From Candidatus Versatilivorator sp. (GTDB taxonomy: Bacteria; Acidobacteriota; Terriglobia; Versatilivoradales; Versatilivoraceae), in NCBI GenBank assembly GCA_965207735.1, contig OZ242296.1, forward strand, positions 2,080,001 to 2,144,000: a stretch of 64,000 nucleotides of DNA, given 5' to 3'. Position numbers and translations under genes: made by a program. Positions 41,101 to 50,457 of this stretch are shown in pieces; within the stretch, counting starts at the first letter, position 1; the number at the start of each line of letters is the position of its first letter. The notes under the pieces were generated by a model. The model made no database searches. It was not told where the DNA came from and saw only the letters and a program-made list of their open reading frames with translations.

Positions 41101-44100
41101 ACGGCCAATCGGCGAGCCAATTCCCATTCCTCCGGCCGGACCACCTCGCCATCCCCATGCAGAAAAATGATTTCGGCGCTACCCGGACGCAGCAGACCCG
41201 CATCCAGTTGGGGTTGAGCAGCCGGGTCCAGGCGCTCGAAACGCAACGCGGCATCGCGTTGACCGAAGGCGTCGTAGTGGGCGCGGGTACTCTCTTCGGT
41301 ATCGCCGACCAGCCAGAACTCGGTCTGTGCGCCGCCCTTCGAGAGATGGTCGATGCACTGATCGAGAAGGGTCTGCTCCGGCTCCCGGCAACCCGCGAAC
41401 TCGACGACGTGACAGGCGTACCCTTGGCCCTGTTCCGACTTTTCGAGGGCGGCGATCAAGGCGGCGGGTTCGATCTCGCCCTCAGGAAGTCTCTCGGCAA
41501 GACATGGGCCAGAGGGGATGAACTTCGGCTGCCAGGATATCCGGTGCTTGCTTTCCGGCAAGTCGTTCCATCGCGGGTTGGAGGTAAAATAGGTGTATTC
41601 ACCGATATGAGCAACGAGGTCTCCGGTGGCGCTGTCGTAAAGACTGACGCTGCCACCGGACCGTTCGCCGCGGCGAACGGAGTACTGTCCCCGCTCGTTG
41701 GCATCCATCCAGTCGTCGCGGGGCTTTGTCACGTGGCAGGTGATCCGCGGGCCGGAGGGCGGGCGAAAGAAGGTCACGCCTTCGGCTCGCTGGGGAATGG
41801 CAAACAGGTCGGCGGCGGTCAGCAAATGGTACAGAAAGATCTGCAATGCTCCATCGAACAACGGAGGACACGAGACGTAGCCCTCTTCCCGACCCGTTGC
41901 CCATAACCCCTCATCCATCTCTACATCGAAAAGATAAGCCTTCGACCTCGTATCCACCAAAACGCGTTGGATGGTCCTGAAAAAGGGACCGTACTGGAAC
42001 GTCTCGCTAAGGACCGCTTCCAGACGCTCGTAGAAGTTCCGGTCGTCCGCGAGAAACGAGGGTTTAAAGTGGGTCGTGTCGATGTCCGCCAGCCGGCATG
42101 GCGCCTCCACCGCGTGGTGGTCGCCCACCAGGCGCACCTTCCCACGGCAGTGCAACTCGCTTTTCGCCTCAACCTCATACCGTCGGGAAGAAATGGTGAA
42201 GGTCCATTCGTCCGGAACCGTGGCCACCGGATGCAAGGCCGTTTGCAGACGAACCAACGTCTTGGGAATGGGACAGGGCTGGAGGAACTCTATCACGTCG
42301 AAGCAGGCGGGAACGCCGCCCAAGGCTTCCAGGATCAGTTCGATGTAACCGGCCCCCGGCATGATCGCCGCATGGTGGACGCGGTGGTCCGCCAGCCAGG
42401 GAAAGTCCTTCTCGGAGAGCCGCGCCTCGAAGAGCAGATGATCGGCAGGAACCTTGTGTCCGACCAACGGCCCACGGGAGTACTCGCCCTGCCGGACACA
42501 CATCTCGTTGTCGCACATGATATCCATCGTCGCCTGCTCTTCTCTCGGATGACCAGGCAGCAGATGGGCGACCGGCTCCGGCCGTGGATACTGAGCGGCA
42601 AAGTCCAAATCTACACCAGCCATGAAAAGCGCCCCCAGAGCCTGGTTCAAGCCGAGGCACACATCGCTGTCTCGCATCAGAATCGGAATACAGGCCGGCG
42701 GCGCCGGCACACTGCTTTCCAGGCACTGCGCGATGGTGGTTTGCAGGGCGCTGTGCGGCGCAATCTCCAGCACCAGGTCGGGGTGGTATTCCCGCTGGAT
42801 GGTTTCCATGGCCGCCGAGAACCGCACCGGCTGGCGAATATTCGACCACCAGTAGGCGTTGTCCAATCGCCCTGTCCGCACGCCGGTCACCGAGGAAATG
42901 AACGGCACGTCGGCGTCGAAGGCGCAGGCGTTGAGAAAGGACAGGGCCGCCAGCGCGTCGTCCTGGATCGGGTTCATGGCGGTGGAGTGGAAGGCGATAT
43001 TGCCCGGTAGCAACTGGTTCTGAAGATTGCGTCGGTCCAACTCCGCCATGATCGGCCGCAGGGCGGCTTCCTTGCCGCAGATGACGGTGTTGGCCGGCGC
43101 ATTCTCGCAGGCGACCTCTACTCGCGTGGGACGGTTTCCCTCCGGCCGGAAGGGAACGCCCAGCGTTTCGAGCATTTCTTCCACGCCCGCCCGGTCGAGG
43201 CCGACCGCCAGCATGCGACCCGAACCCGCAACGCGCTGCTGCAGGGTGGCACGGTGGAACACCAACTGCGTTGCTTGTGCCAGCGAGAGCGCTCCGCAGG
43301 CGTACGCGGCGGCGACCTCCCCAGAACTGTGGCCGACCACGCAGTCCGGATAGACACCCCACGTCTTGAGCAACTCGACCAGGGCGCACTGGATCATGAA
43401 AATCACCGGCTGGGCCAACCGGACTTCGTCGAGTTCCTCCTGACAAGCCGAAAAACAGGCATCGCGGAGCGAACTGTCCGAGTGCTCTCGCCAGTGTTCC
43501 TCAATGGCATCGATCACGCGGCGGAAAACGGGGTCGGTTTCGTAAAGCGTGCGGCCGCAACCGGCCCACTGGGTGCCCTGCCCGGAGAAGACCATGGCCA
43601 CCCGCCGCTCGCTCTCATCCACCGTGACCACAGGCGCGGGGTCTTGGATGAAGGCGTCCAGCGCCTCGACCAATTCGTGCTGGTCTCGCACCGCAAAGGA
43701 CGTACGCACGGCGAAGTGGGTGCGGCGACGGCTGAGATTGCCGGCCAGCGTGTACAGATCCATTTCCTGCTCGCCCAAAGCTTCGCGTAGCTGCTGCGCG
43801 CTACGCGTCAGCAAGCCGGAGGTACGCGCCGACAAGGGAATCATGTGGCCGGCTTCCGGGGCCAGCCCAACCGACCAGAGCCGCGGCTGCGCAGGGCGGT
43901 ATTCCCGCACCACGCAGTGCCCGTTGGCGCCGCCAAAGCCGAACGAATTGATGCCGACCACCACGGGGTGCTCGGGAAAGGGGTCGCAGGTCGTCTGGAC
44001 CTGCATGGGACAACTTTCGAATTCGATTTCCGGATTGGGAACCAGGAAGTTCTTCGAGATCGGTGCGAAAGTGCGCCGCTGCATCATCAACACGACCTTG

Positions 44101-45215
44101 AGCAGGGCGCAATGGAAAGCGGCGGCTTCCATGTGCCCTACGTTGCTCTTGACGCTGGAAATTCGCAACGGCACCTTGCGGTCGGAACCGCCGAACGCCT
44201 CGGTGATGGCATTCCCCTCAATGCGGTCGCCCACCACGGTACCGGTGGCATGGGCCTCAATGTAGTCGAATTCTCTCGGCTCGCGACCGGCACGAGCGCA
44301 CGCCAGGCGCATCAGATCCGCCTGCGCGTGACGGGTCGGGGCTGTGATGTAACGCCCCTGAGCCAGGCCACTGCTGCCGTCGGCCGCGCCGGCCGCGTTG
44401 ACTGCCGTTGCCTCCACAACGGCGTGGATAGGGTCCCCGTCTCGCTCGGCTGCTTCCAGGGGCTTGATCGCAAAGACGAACGCCCCTTCCGAGCGCATGT
44501 AGCCGTTGGCTTCCGCATCGAAGGAGTGACACTTGCCGTCCGGGCTGATGACGCCCAGGGCGTTAAAGGCGGCGCTGAGCCGGGCTGTCCCCAAATAATT
44601 GACGGAAGCGACGATGGCTTGCTCGCAATCGCCGCACTGGAGCGCGTTCATCGCTGCGTTCAGAGCGGTGAGGCTGGCGGAACAAGCCGTGCAATAGGTG
44701 GTTGACGGCCCCATCAAATTGAAGTGGTAGGAAATGCGATTGGCCAGCATGGCCAGACTGATGCTCGTAACGTCAAACGGACTGGCGCCGCGCAATGGGC
44801 GCCAGTTCGCCACCGGGGGCGTTTGCGCGCCGACAAACACTCCGGAAAGACTGTTGCGCAACGAATGTAGTTCCCAGCCGCTCCGCTCGCAGGTGTCCCA
44901 GGCGCACATCAACAGCATTCTTAGCTGCGGGTCGGTTGACAATACTTCGTGTTGTGACAGCCCGAAGAGACCGCGATCGAAGAGCTTCTCCCCATCGTCG
45001 CGGATCAGACCCTCGAAGGGGCTGGCGAAGCGACCCGGGCCGGAGAATCCGCCGACGGGCTGATAGCCCCTGCCGTAGCGGTCGGTGACCGGTTCCTGGA
45101 CGATCTCGCGTTGACTGAGCAGACGCCAGAAGTCGTCGTCGGTGCGGATTCCTCCCGGCATGCGGTAGGCATATCCGACGATGGCAACGGCGTTATCGGA
45201 ATTGGGGGAGTTCAT
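38112..45215 (-). CDS. swfA: Mono-modular reducing type I PKS/FAS: KS-AT-DH-(pseudo-MT)-ER-KR-ACP (SwfA-like)
   Basis: KS CTACSAS, EAHATGT, KSNVGH. AT FSGQGTQW, QCALVEL, GHSSG, NIAFHS. DH HRVHHAAIMP. ER LIHSAMGGVG. KR TGGLGGFG, LDD, YSAAN. ACP FGLTSIS. Start at 45215 or 45326. Confidence 0.93.
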   Translation of the reverse strand: MNSPNSDNAVAIVGYAYRMPGGIRTDDDFWRLLSQREIVQEPVTDRYGRGYQPVGGFSGPGRFASPFEGLIRDDGEKLFDRGLFGLSQHEVLSTDPQLRMLLMCAWDTCERSGWELHSLRNSLSGVFVGAQTPPVANWRPLRGASPFDVTSISLAMLANRISYHFNLMGPSTTYCTACSASLTALNAAMNALQCGDCEQAIVASVNYLGTARLSAAFNALGVISPDGKCHSFDAEANGYMRSEGAFVFAIKPLEAAERDGDPIHAVVEATAVNAAGAADGSSGLAQGRYITAPTRHAQADLMRLACARAGREPREFDYIEAHATGTVVGDRIEGNAITEAFGGSDRKVPLRISSVKSNVGHMEAAAFHCALLKVVLMMQRRTFAPISKNFLVPNPEIEFESCPMQVQTTCDPFPEHPVVVGINSFGFGGANGHCVVREYRPAQPRLWSVGLAPEAGHMIPLSARTSGLLTRSAQQLREALGEQEMDLYTLAGNLSRRRTHFAVRTSFAVRDQHELVEALDAFIQDPAPVVTVDESERRVAMVFSGQGTQWAGCGRTLYETDPVFRRVIDAIEEHWREHSDSSLRDACFSACQEELDEVRLAQPVIFMIQCALVELLKTWGVYPDCVVGHSSGEVAAAYACGALSLAQATQLVFHRATLQQRVAGSGRMLAVGLDRAGVEEMLETLGVPFRPEGNRPTRVEVACENAPANTVICGKEAALRPIMAELDRRNLQNQLLPGNIAFHSTAMNPIQDDALAALSFLNACAFDADVPFISSVTGVRTGRLDNAYWWSNIRQPVRFSAAMETIQREYHPDLVLEIAPHSALQTTIAQCLESSVPAPPACIPILMRDSDVCLGLNQALGALFMAGVDLDFAAQYPRPEPVAHLLPGHPREEQATMDIMCDNEMCVRQGEYSRGPLVGHKVPADHLLFEARLSEKDFPWLADHRVHHAAIMPGAGYIELILEALGGVPACFDVIEFLQPCPIPKTLVRLQTALHPVATVPDEWTFTISSRRYEVEAKSELHCRGKVRLVGDHHAVEAPCRLADIDTTHFKPSFLADDRNFYERLEAVLSETFQYGPFFRTIQRVLVDTRSKAYLFDVEMDEGLWATGREEGYVSCPPLFDGALQIFLYHLLTAADLFAIPQRAEGVTFFRPPSGPRITCHVTKPRDDWMDANERGQYSVRRGERSGGSVSLYDSATGDLVAHIGEYTYFTSNPRWNDLPESKHRISWQPKFIPSGPCLAERLPEGEIEPAALIAALEKSEQGQGYACHVVEFAGCREPEQTLLDQCIDHLSKGGAQTEFWLVGDTEESTRAHYDAFGQRDAALRFERLDPAAQPQLDAGLLRPGSAEIIFLHGDGEVVRPEEWELARRLAVAGGLALVSHGEEDVIRPVAGWTIVRAGRRTTLLQAPQSRAEIPDAAEPPGPRWVLGEPGSWASDWVALLHAPEVHPVPDEALAGNALHLLETWPRAADLRAIDFFCGEDPEDPTGEKVVSRFVAFVQALVSYRMESANHSCRLTVVTRGTVLEVDNPRGSALWGAVRSMAVEIDEEARIDFRLVDLGDVGDLETMAWLARCDLRERELAVRKNRLWAPRWVDITERYSRVSAREKLAYRLTLDNPGQIAGLEMKTCELPALGPDDVEIEVTAAALNFRDVMVTLGLLPALAYERSALGREVGMEGSGIVRRVGSEVKGCRAGDEAAFIQGGCIANRVVVNQYLVFAKPDRLSMEEAASVLSVYVTAYYSLIHLARLRKGQRVLIHSAMGGVGQAAIALAKHVGAEIYGTAGSENKREQLLSLGVRAAFDSHSHAWHDDLMAATGGEGVDVVLNSLAGRHVELCLQALRPGGWHCEIGKVDIYQDNDLGLRIFRKNLRFAAIDVDRLMIDDPHLSRELSQVCLDLLDEGALPPLPVTVFPFKDYAKALRLMTTGRHQGKLVLKAPEAAGDAGYTVADVRPFLDPEATYLVTGGLGGFGLRLLPYLVAAGARHVTLMDRDPERRRDAEWVRHSSALVYMDEDAEFDVVSGDVAVEEDVRRCVSQLKRPLKGVFHLAGALDDRLLDDLSAESMATVFAPKAHGALHLHRATEGCPLDYFVLFSSTASALGNPGQINYSAANSFLDGLAACRRRQGLPGLSYNMAAVADAGMAARSLPVLRMMRAAGLPPVSSDFAIANLDYALRAMSDRDHLITAVFKHPAWTIDYPDYMRIGRLMNNQDAFKAGVEGELTLESVVAQIAAKVAELCGHEEGDVEEPLASFGLTSISVAELGTFIQTQFNYRVSALELMTTASCLSLARGIIHGKENVEDDPAEADGAVSEDATLIVRQRARRAPSVFANAIEDHFPHPRDVFDTARESAVPRRPWAADMAMEEQGKT

Positions 45216-45610
45216 TGCCGTGCGCGGACCTCCATTTCCCGTCTCCGGAACTGCAGTTCCCTCCGGCCGATCTCTACAGGGAACGCGAAGCCTATCGGTT
45301 GTCCCCAGTGTCATCTCCCTGGCCAACGGTTATATTACCGCACCAGTGACAAGCAATCCAATCAGGACGACCTGGCTCTTCTCCGTCAGCCGGCCGGACA
45401 GGGTCTTGTGGATGACGCTACTCATTGGGTCTTTCACTATGGCTGCCTCCTCCGACAATCTCTCATCGCCTTCCGGCTGGGAATAGAAATGTTATAGCCA
45501 TAACGAGTGCAGCGCAGAAACCTACTTGTAGATCGACACCATACCCTATTAACCGCGCAGCAATAATTCGAACAATCATACTTCGCCAGCAGACTTAAGA
45601 AACGAGCGAT

Positions 45611-46147
45611 ATGGCAAGTCCTGCGGACAAACTGTCTGAATCCCTTGAGGCTCTCACGGATGTGTGTGCGGCAATGGCCACAATCAAAAATGCAACGGAC
45701 CCTGATCGGAACCCGGACGATCGCGGAAACGGGAATGTACGGGCTGTGCGCGGATATTATGACGCGTTCATCAGCGTCAGGAGCAGCGTTGAAAAGGTGC
45801 TTGGCGGGAGGAATGCAGGGGATGTCAGCCGCGATGACCACGCAGAATGGTACCGGCGTCTGTTCGGACCGAGCGTCACGGCGGGAGTCATCCGCCCTGT
45901 GGATCTAGCCGGTTACAGAGGCGGCCCTGTCCATATTCGCCGGTCGATGCATGTGCCGCCGCCGCGCGAGGCGGTGCGCGATTGCATGCCGGCCTTGTTC
46001 GATCTGCTGGAAGGCGAGGCGGAGCCGGCCGTGCGAGTGGTGCTCGGGCATTTCACCTTCGTTTACATCCATCCCTACATGGATGGGAATTGGCGGAGGC
46101 GGTATCCTCCCAATACTCACCATAAACAATCGATTATAAAGGCATAG
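45611..46147 (+). pseudogene. Fic family gene relic (internally deleted, C-truncated)
   Basis: HF.FVYIHPYMDGN present, but the canonical GRxxR is replaced by WRRRYPP; N-terminal MASPADKLSESLEAL jumps to the core domain. Confidence 0.8.
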
Positions 46148-46361
46148 TATGCTTCAAGTATTTGGAGTTGCTCCATCAGTTGCCCTCAAAACATTGAGTG
46201 TAACTTCTGACTCCCCATCGGCCGCACCGTCCTTGGCGACCTCCCCACGGTCTACCTCTGGAGCGATTTGATTTCGTATAGCTTGGTAAGGGGGGTGAAA
46301 CAGACTAGGCAGCACACGCTCGTTAATAATGTAATTGAGGATCCCCGCGTAGGTCCTGCAG

Positions 46362-46712
46362 GTGTTCTGTGAACAGCTGAGAGAATTATTCGAAACTCAA
46401 CGCTACTCTACATTGGAAACAGCCGTCGGCCATTTGCTAGAAGATGTGCGCTCACTGGCGGCCACGCAGGACGCTGAGGTTTATCAGCCCAAAGCACATT
46501 GGCTTGGCGAAAAATCCCCTGTGCTTCCTCCACGGCATCAATTCGAAGACCTCATCCGGCAACGTATTCGCGAAAGAGTAACAACCCTTTTCAATCGACT
46601 TGACATTGATGAGCAAACTGCGCAGGTTGTCGAGGATCTCCTGGTTTCACGAGAAATCGCCCGGGTGGCGCTTGGACTCGACTTGGTTATTGCACAACCA
46701 TCGTCTCATTAG
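46362..46712 (+). CDS. Hypothetical protein or gene fragment
   Basis: 116-aa helical-looking ORF in a lower-GC patch; no motif recognised. Confidence 0.35.
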   Translation: MFCEQLRELFETQRYSTLETAVGHLLEDVRSLAATQDAEVYQPKAHWLGEKSPVLPPRHQFEDLIRQRIRERVTTLFNRLDIDEQTAQVVEDLLVSREIARVALGLDLVIAQPSSH

Positions 46713-46904
46713 CGTGAATGAACAAAAAACGGACCGGCTAGAAATCAATCCCAAGGTCTACCGACCTGCTGTGACCTCACCCATTGCTTCAGTTGCCCTG
46801 AGTCGTCCTTCGGTGGATTGCCGTTAGGGCAGACAGAAGGTGTTGTGGAGCCTTACCGATAATGGGAAGCGGGAGCAAACAAAAGACGAAGACGAGCCTC
46901 CCAA

Positions 46905-47059
46905 AACCGGTTCCCGTATTCAAACCGGTTCCCAAAAATCAGAAAGAAACGGGAACCGGTTAGTTTCAATAAATACAACGACTTACCCTGTGGAAAACAA
47001 ACCGGTTCCCGTTTCTCCCCCCCATACGCGCGCGCGGGCACCGGTTTTGGGAACCGGTT
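46905..47059. repeat. Iteron-like array of AACCGGTTCCC in both orientations
   Basis: Direct copies 46905-46915, 46923-46933 and 47000-47010; inverted copies 46951-46961 and 47049-47059; partial copy at ~47040; central AT-rich tract. Confidence 0.85.
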
Positions 47060-47990
47060 TACACACAGCCACCGAAAAAGGAGCGAAAATTCCACGCGAA
47101 CGCCTCCGCCGGACCCAACAATAAAGCTCAATCAGAAGACCGATTGCCGGGACGGCAACCATACGGGAGTGCGCCCCTCCGGAAAGGTCTGACAAAGTGG
47201 CAGCATGCTGAGACTGTGCGGCTCATCGACCGAAAACGTGAGGCGGCCGAGTGTAAGAGAGGGTTGAACACGTCGTCATCGGAGAGAGACCCGCAACATC
47301 TCGACCGCACCCGGCGCGTTCTCCAGGCCTGGACAACCCGAGGCCCAACAGCGGCCCCACCAGAAGCGGCAGCTCTTCGGCAAGACATCGCTGGTGCCGA
47401 TCGGGACACCGTCGAACACCTTGGAGACCTCAATGCGCCCTCAAGAAAATCAACCAATCAGCCTCGGAAACGCCCGCATCCCACGGGCGCGAAATGATCG
47501 ACGATTTCCGCCTCCGGGGGTCACGCTCGTGCCGTCGTATGGGTGAAACGGCTACAACTTGGCGACATTCACCTTACCGTTTCACATTTTCGACAACCAC
47601 AACGCTTCTCTCTCAGAGGGAGAAGTCCTCGCTGTTGTGGATTAGGCTTTTCCGGAACACCGCATGGGACGGGGGATAACACGGATTTCCCGGGTCCTAT
47701 GCGAAATAGCGCTGCGAGGCTTCGCCTTGCGTCTCGCCCCTCGCCCGACGGGCTAGCGCGGCGGGCGCAGGCCCAGGACCACATCACTAAAAACTCACTG
47801 TTTCAACTAAGATATCACACCTTTCTCATATATTTTCTTGCAAACTGTAGGCTCATTGCTTCCAGGCACCCTTGGCGCGGCTGAAATCAGCACCGGCCTG
47901 CAGCCTCTGGAGCGCGGGACGTTCAACTTCAATCCGAGCGGGGACGCTTGGCGCGGCGAGTTACAAGGCCGATGAAGTTTGTGACACGCC

Positions 47991-48215
47991 ATGGCGCTCC
48001 CCGCGGGAACACGCGCCATGACGGCGGCCAGCCTGCTCGACAGTCGATGGATAGGGGTCGTTCACCTGGACCGGCGAGGGCGGATCGTGGCGGTCAATGC
48101 CGGCGCCCGCGCCATTTTCCGGCGGGACGATGTGTTGTCGGACCGGGACGGCGTGCTGCGGGCGGCCAGGCAGCAGCCTTGCAATCTCCTCCTTTCCGCC
48201 CCTACAAGACCCTAA
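47991..48215 (+). pseudogene. Fragment of a PAS-domain (LuxR-type) regulator
   Basis: LLD....GVVHLDRRGRIVAVN..AR.IFRR.D.LSDRDG.LRA, typical of the PAS segment of PAS-LuxR regulators; no HTH follows. Confidence 0.6.
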
Positions 48216-48602
48216 GACTTCGGGCATCAAGATCGAGACCGTCTATCGGCAACTTTGGATACGCAAAGGAAAGACATGGCAATGAGAATATCGAATTTCG
48301 AGATCGTGTTTCCAGAACGTAACGAAGTGGCTAATTTCAATGTCAATGCCGAGTTCAATTACTTAGGTGGAGGTGACCAGAGCCAGGGTTGCGGACGAAT
48401 TTGAAAATTTTCTTGAAGATAGAGGTGATCCATACGATTGGGACGATTTTCTTTCGGTTTCAACTAAAGATCCAGGAATAACCCGCGAATAACCCGCGTG
48501 CGCGACGTGTGCAGCTTTGTTGCAATCCGAAGACTGATACACGGACTCCATCCGTCAGACTTTCCGAACGGCCCCGCTTGGCGCTCTGGGTGGCGAAAGG
48601 CC

Positions 48603-50230
48603 ATGCGCCGCATGCATCACCCGTGCTATTCGGGGCGCCTCACCCGTCGTGCAAGCCTCGCCCGATCCCTGACTGCCCACTCGGCGGCAGGGCTGCTGCT
48701 GACGCTCACTACGCTGCCAGTGATCACGTCGGCGCAGGGCAACCCGCAATCGGTCACCTACCGGGTGACCTTTGAAGGCAAATTCACCGCAAGTGCCCTG
48801 GCCAGCGGGGTATCGGTCCCGTCTGGTGCGCATTTCACGACTTTGATCGGTGCCGTACACAACGGCAGCGTCACCTTCTGGAGCGATGGAGGTACGGCCA
48901 GCGCAGGGATCGAGAGCATGGCGGAAGTTGGGGGAACGAGCGCCCTCAAGTCCGAGATCAACGCCGCCGGCTCGAATGCTCTCGCCGTCATTGAACAGTC
49001 GATTGCGTCGGGCGGGACAGCCACGGCTACGGTGGATATCACGCTCACCGCAGACCACCCTCTGGTCACCCTGACCTCGATGGTCGCTCCCAGCCCGGAC
49101 TGGTTCGTCGGCGTCTCGGGGCTGTCCCTGCGCAATAACGCCGATGACGGCTGGCAGCCGACCCTCACGGTGAACCTGTTTCCCTGGGACGCCGGGACCC
49201 CGGACGGCGTGACCGACTCGACGGCGGTCTGGCAGTGGGAGCGGTCGACGGGCCGCAACTCCTGGGCCGTGATCGACGGCGCCGATGCGGCGAGCTACAC
49301 GCCGGTGGCGGCGGACGCGAACACGTTTCTGCGGGTAACGGCGACCTACGATGACGAGCACGGGACCGGCAAGACGGTCAGCGAGGTGGCGCCCAACGTG
49401 GTCACGGGTCCCCTGTTGACGGGTCTGACGGCGGAGACCGGCAACTCCCAAGCCGACACCGAGCGGGGCCTGTACCCGGCCTTCGACGCGCAGACGCTTC
49501 ACTACGGCATTGGGTGCAACAGCACCGACACGATGGTCCTGACCGTGTCGCCGGCGGCGAACGCGCGGGTGGCGGTGGACGGCGTGCAGGCCGCCGGCGC
49601 GCCTGAGGTGGTTTCGGTGGCGGTGACAGCGGACAGCGACGTGGCGATCCGCGTGACCGAGGCGAGCGGCGCCGTCACGACCTACGTCGTGCACTGCCTG
49701 CGAGATGTGTTCTTCGAGATCGAGACGCACACGTTCCCGAACACCGATGCATTCGAGGATCTGCTCCTGTTCAATCTCGAGAACTACTTCAGACTGATGG
49801 ATCGCAACGGCGTGCCGAGACTGCACCTCTGTTTCTTCCCGGGCGGGAGAAGCTGGGCATACGCTTGAGGGAGTTGCCCGACGATGTGCGTAACCGGCGC
49901 ATCAACGCGACCGTGGTCCCGGCAGAGGCCCTGGCGCCGCAACCTGTCGCACTCACCGCGGAGTTCCCGGCCAGCGACCACACCTCGATCTTCCACACCG
50001 GCGCCGGGGACGCGCCGCAGGTGGTGGTCGCCTTCAACCGGCCCGTGGCGGACTTCGACGAGACCTCCCCGTCGCTGAGCGTCACAGGCGCGACGGCCGC
50101 AAGCGTCAGCCCGCACCGAGTGGCTGGTGAGGCGGCCAACGCCTATGTTGTTACTCTTACGCCCGCCGGCGCCGGCGACATCACCTTCGGCCTGGTGGCC
50201 GATGAGACCTGCGCCGATGGCGGCAACTGG
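48603..50230 (+). pseudogene. Collapsed mosaic of a large secreted protein: Spondin_N + Ig/cadherin-like fragments
   Basis: Signal peptide and Spondin_N motifs (TYRVTF, HFTTLIGAVH, MAEVG, SMVAPSPDWFVG, WDAGT), then an abrupt switch to WQWERS..IDGA.AASYTPVAAD..FLRVTATY and LYPAFD. Stop at 49868, then an Ig-like fragment in another frame. Confidence 0.72.
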
Positions 50231-50457
50231 GTGAGGCAGCGGCCCCCGACACACCAGCGAGGTTCCCATGAGAAGACACTCCTCGACCCCGAGTCTGAAG
50301 CGTTGCCTGGTGCTGGCCGGGGCCTTGCTGCCGGGCGGGGGTCTGGTGTCGGAGGTCCTGGCAGCGCCGACGATCACTGAGATCAGTCGGCGCGAGACCG
50401 GACGGGAAGTTGCAGCTAAACGGGGATGCCGGCGGCAGCACTCCCACAAGTAAGGCC

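Noticed and set aside
38502-44705. Long antisense ORFs (777, 356, 347, 286 aa) opposite the PKS, and similar ones opposite polA, the M23 gene and the giant gene
   Set aside because: Shadow ORFs from high-GC codon bias; no recognisable motifs.
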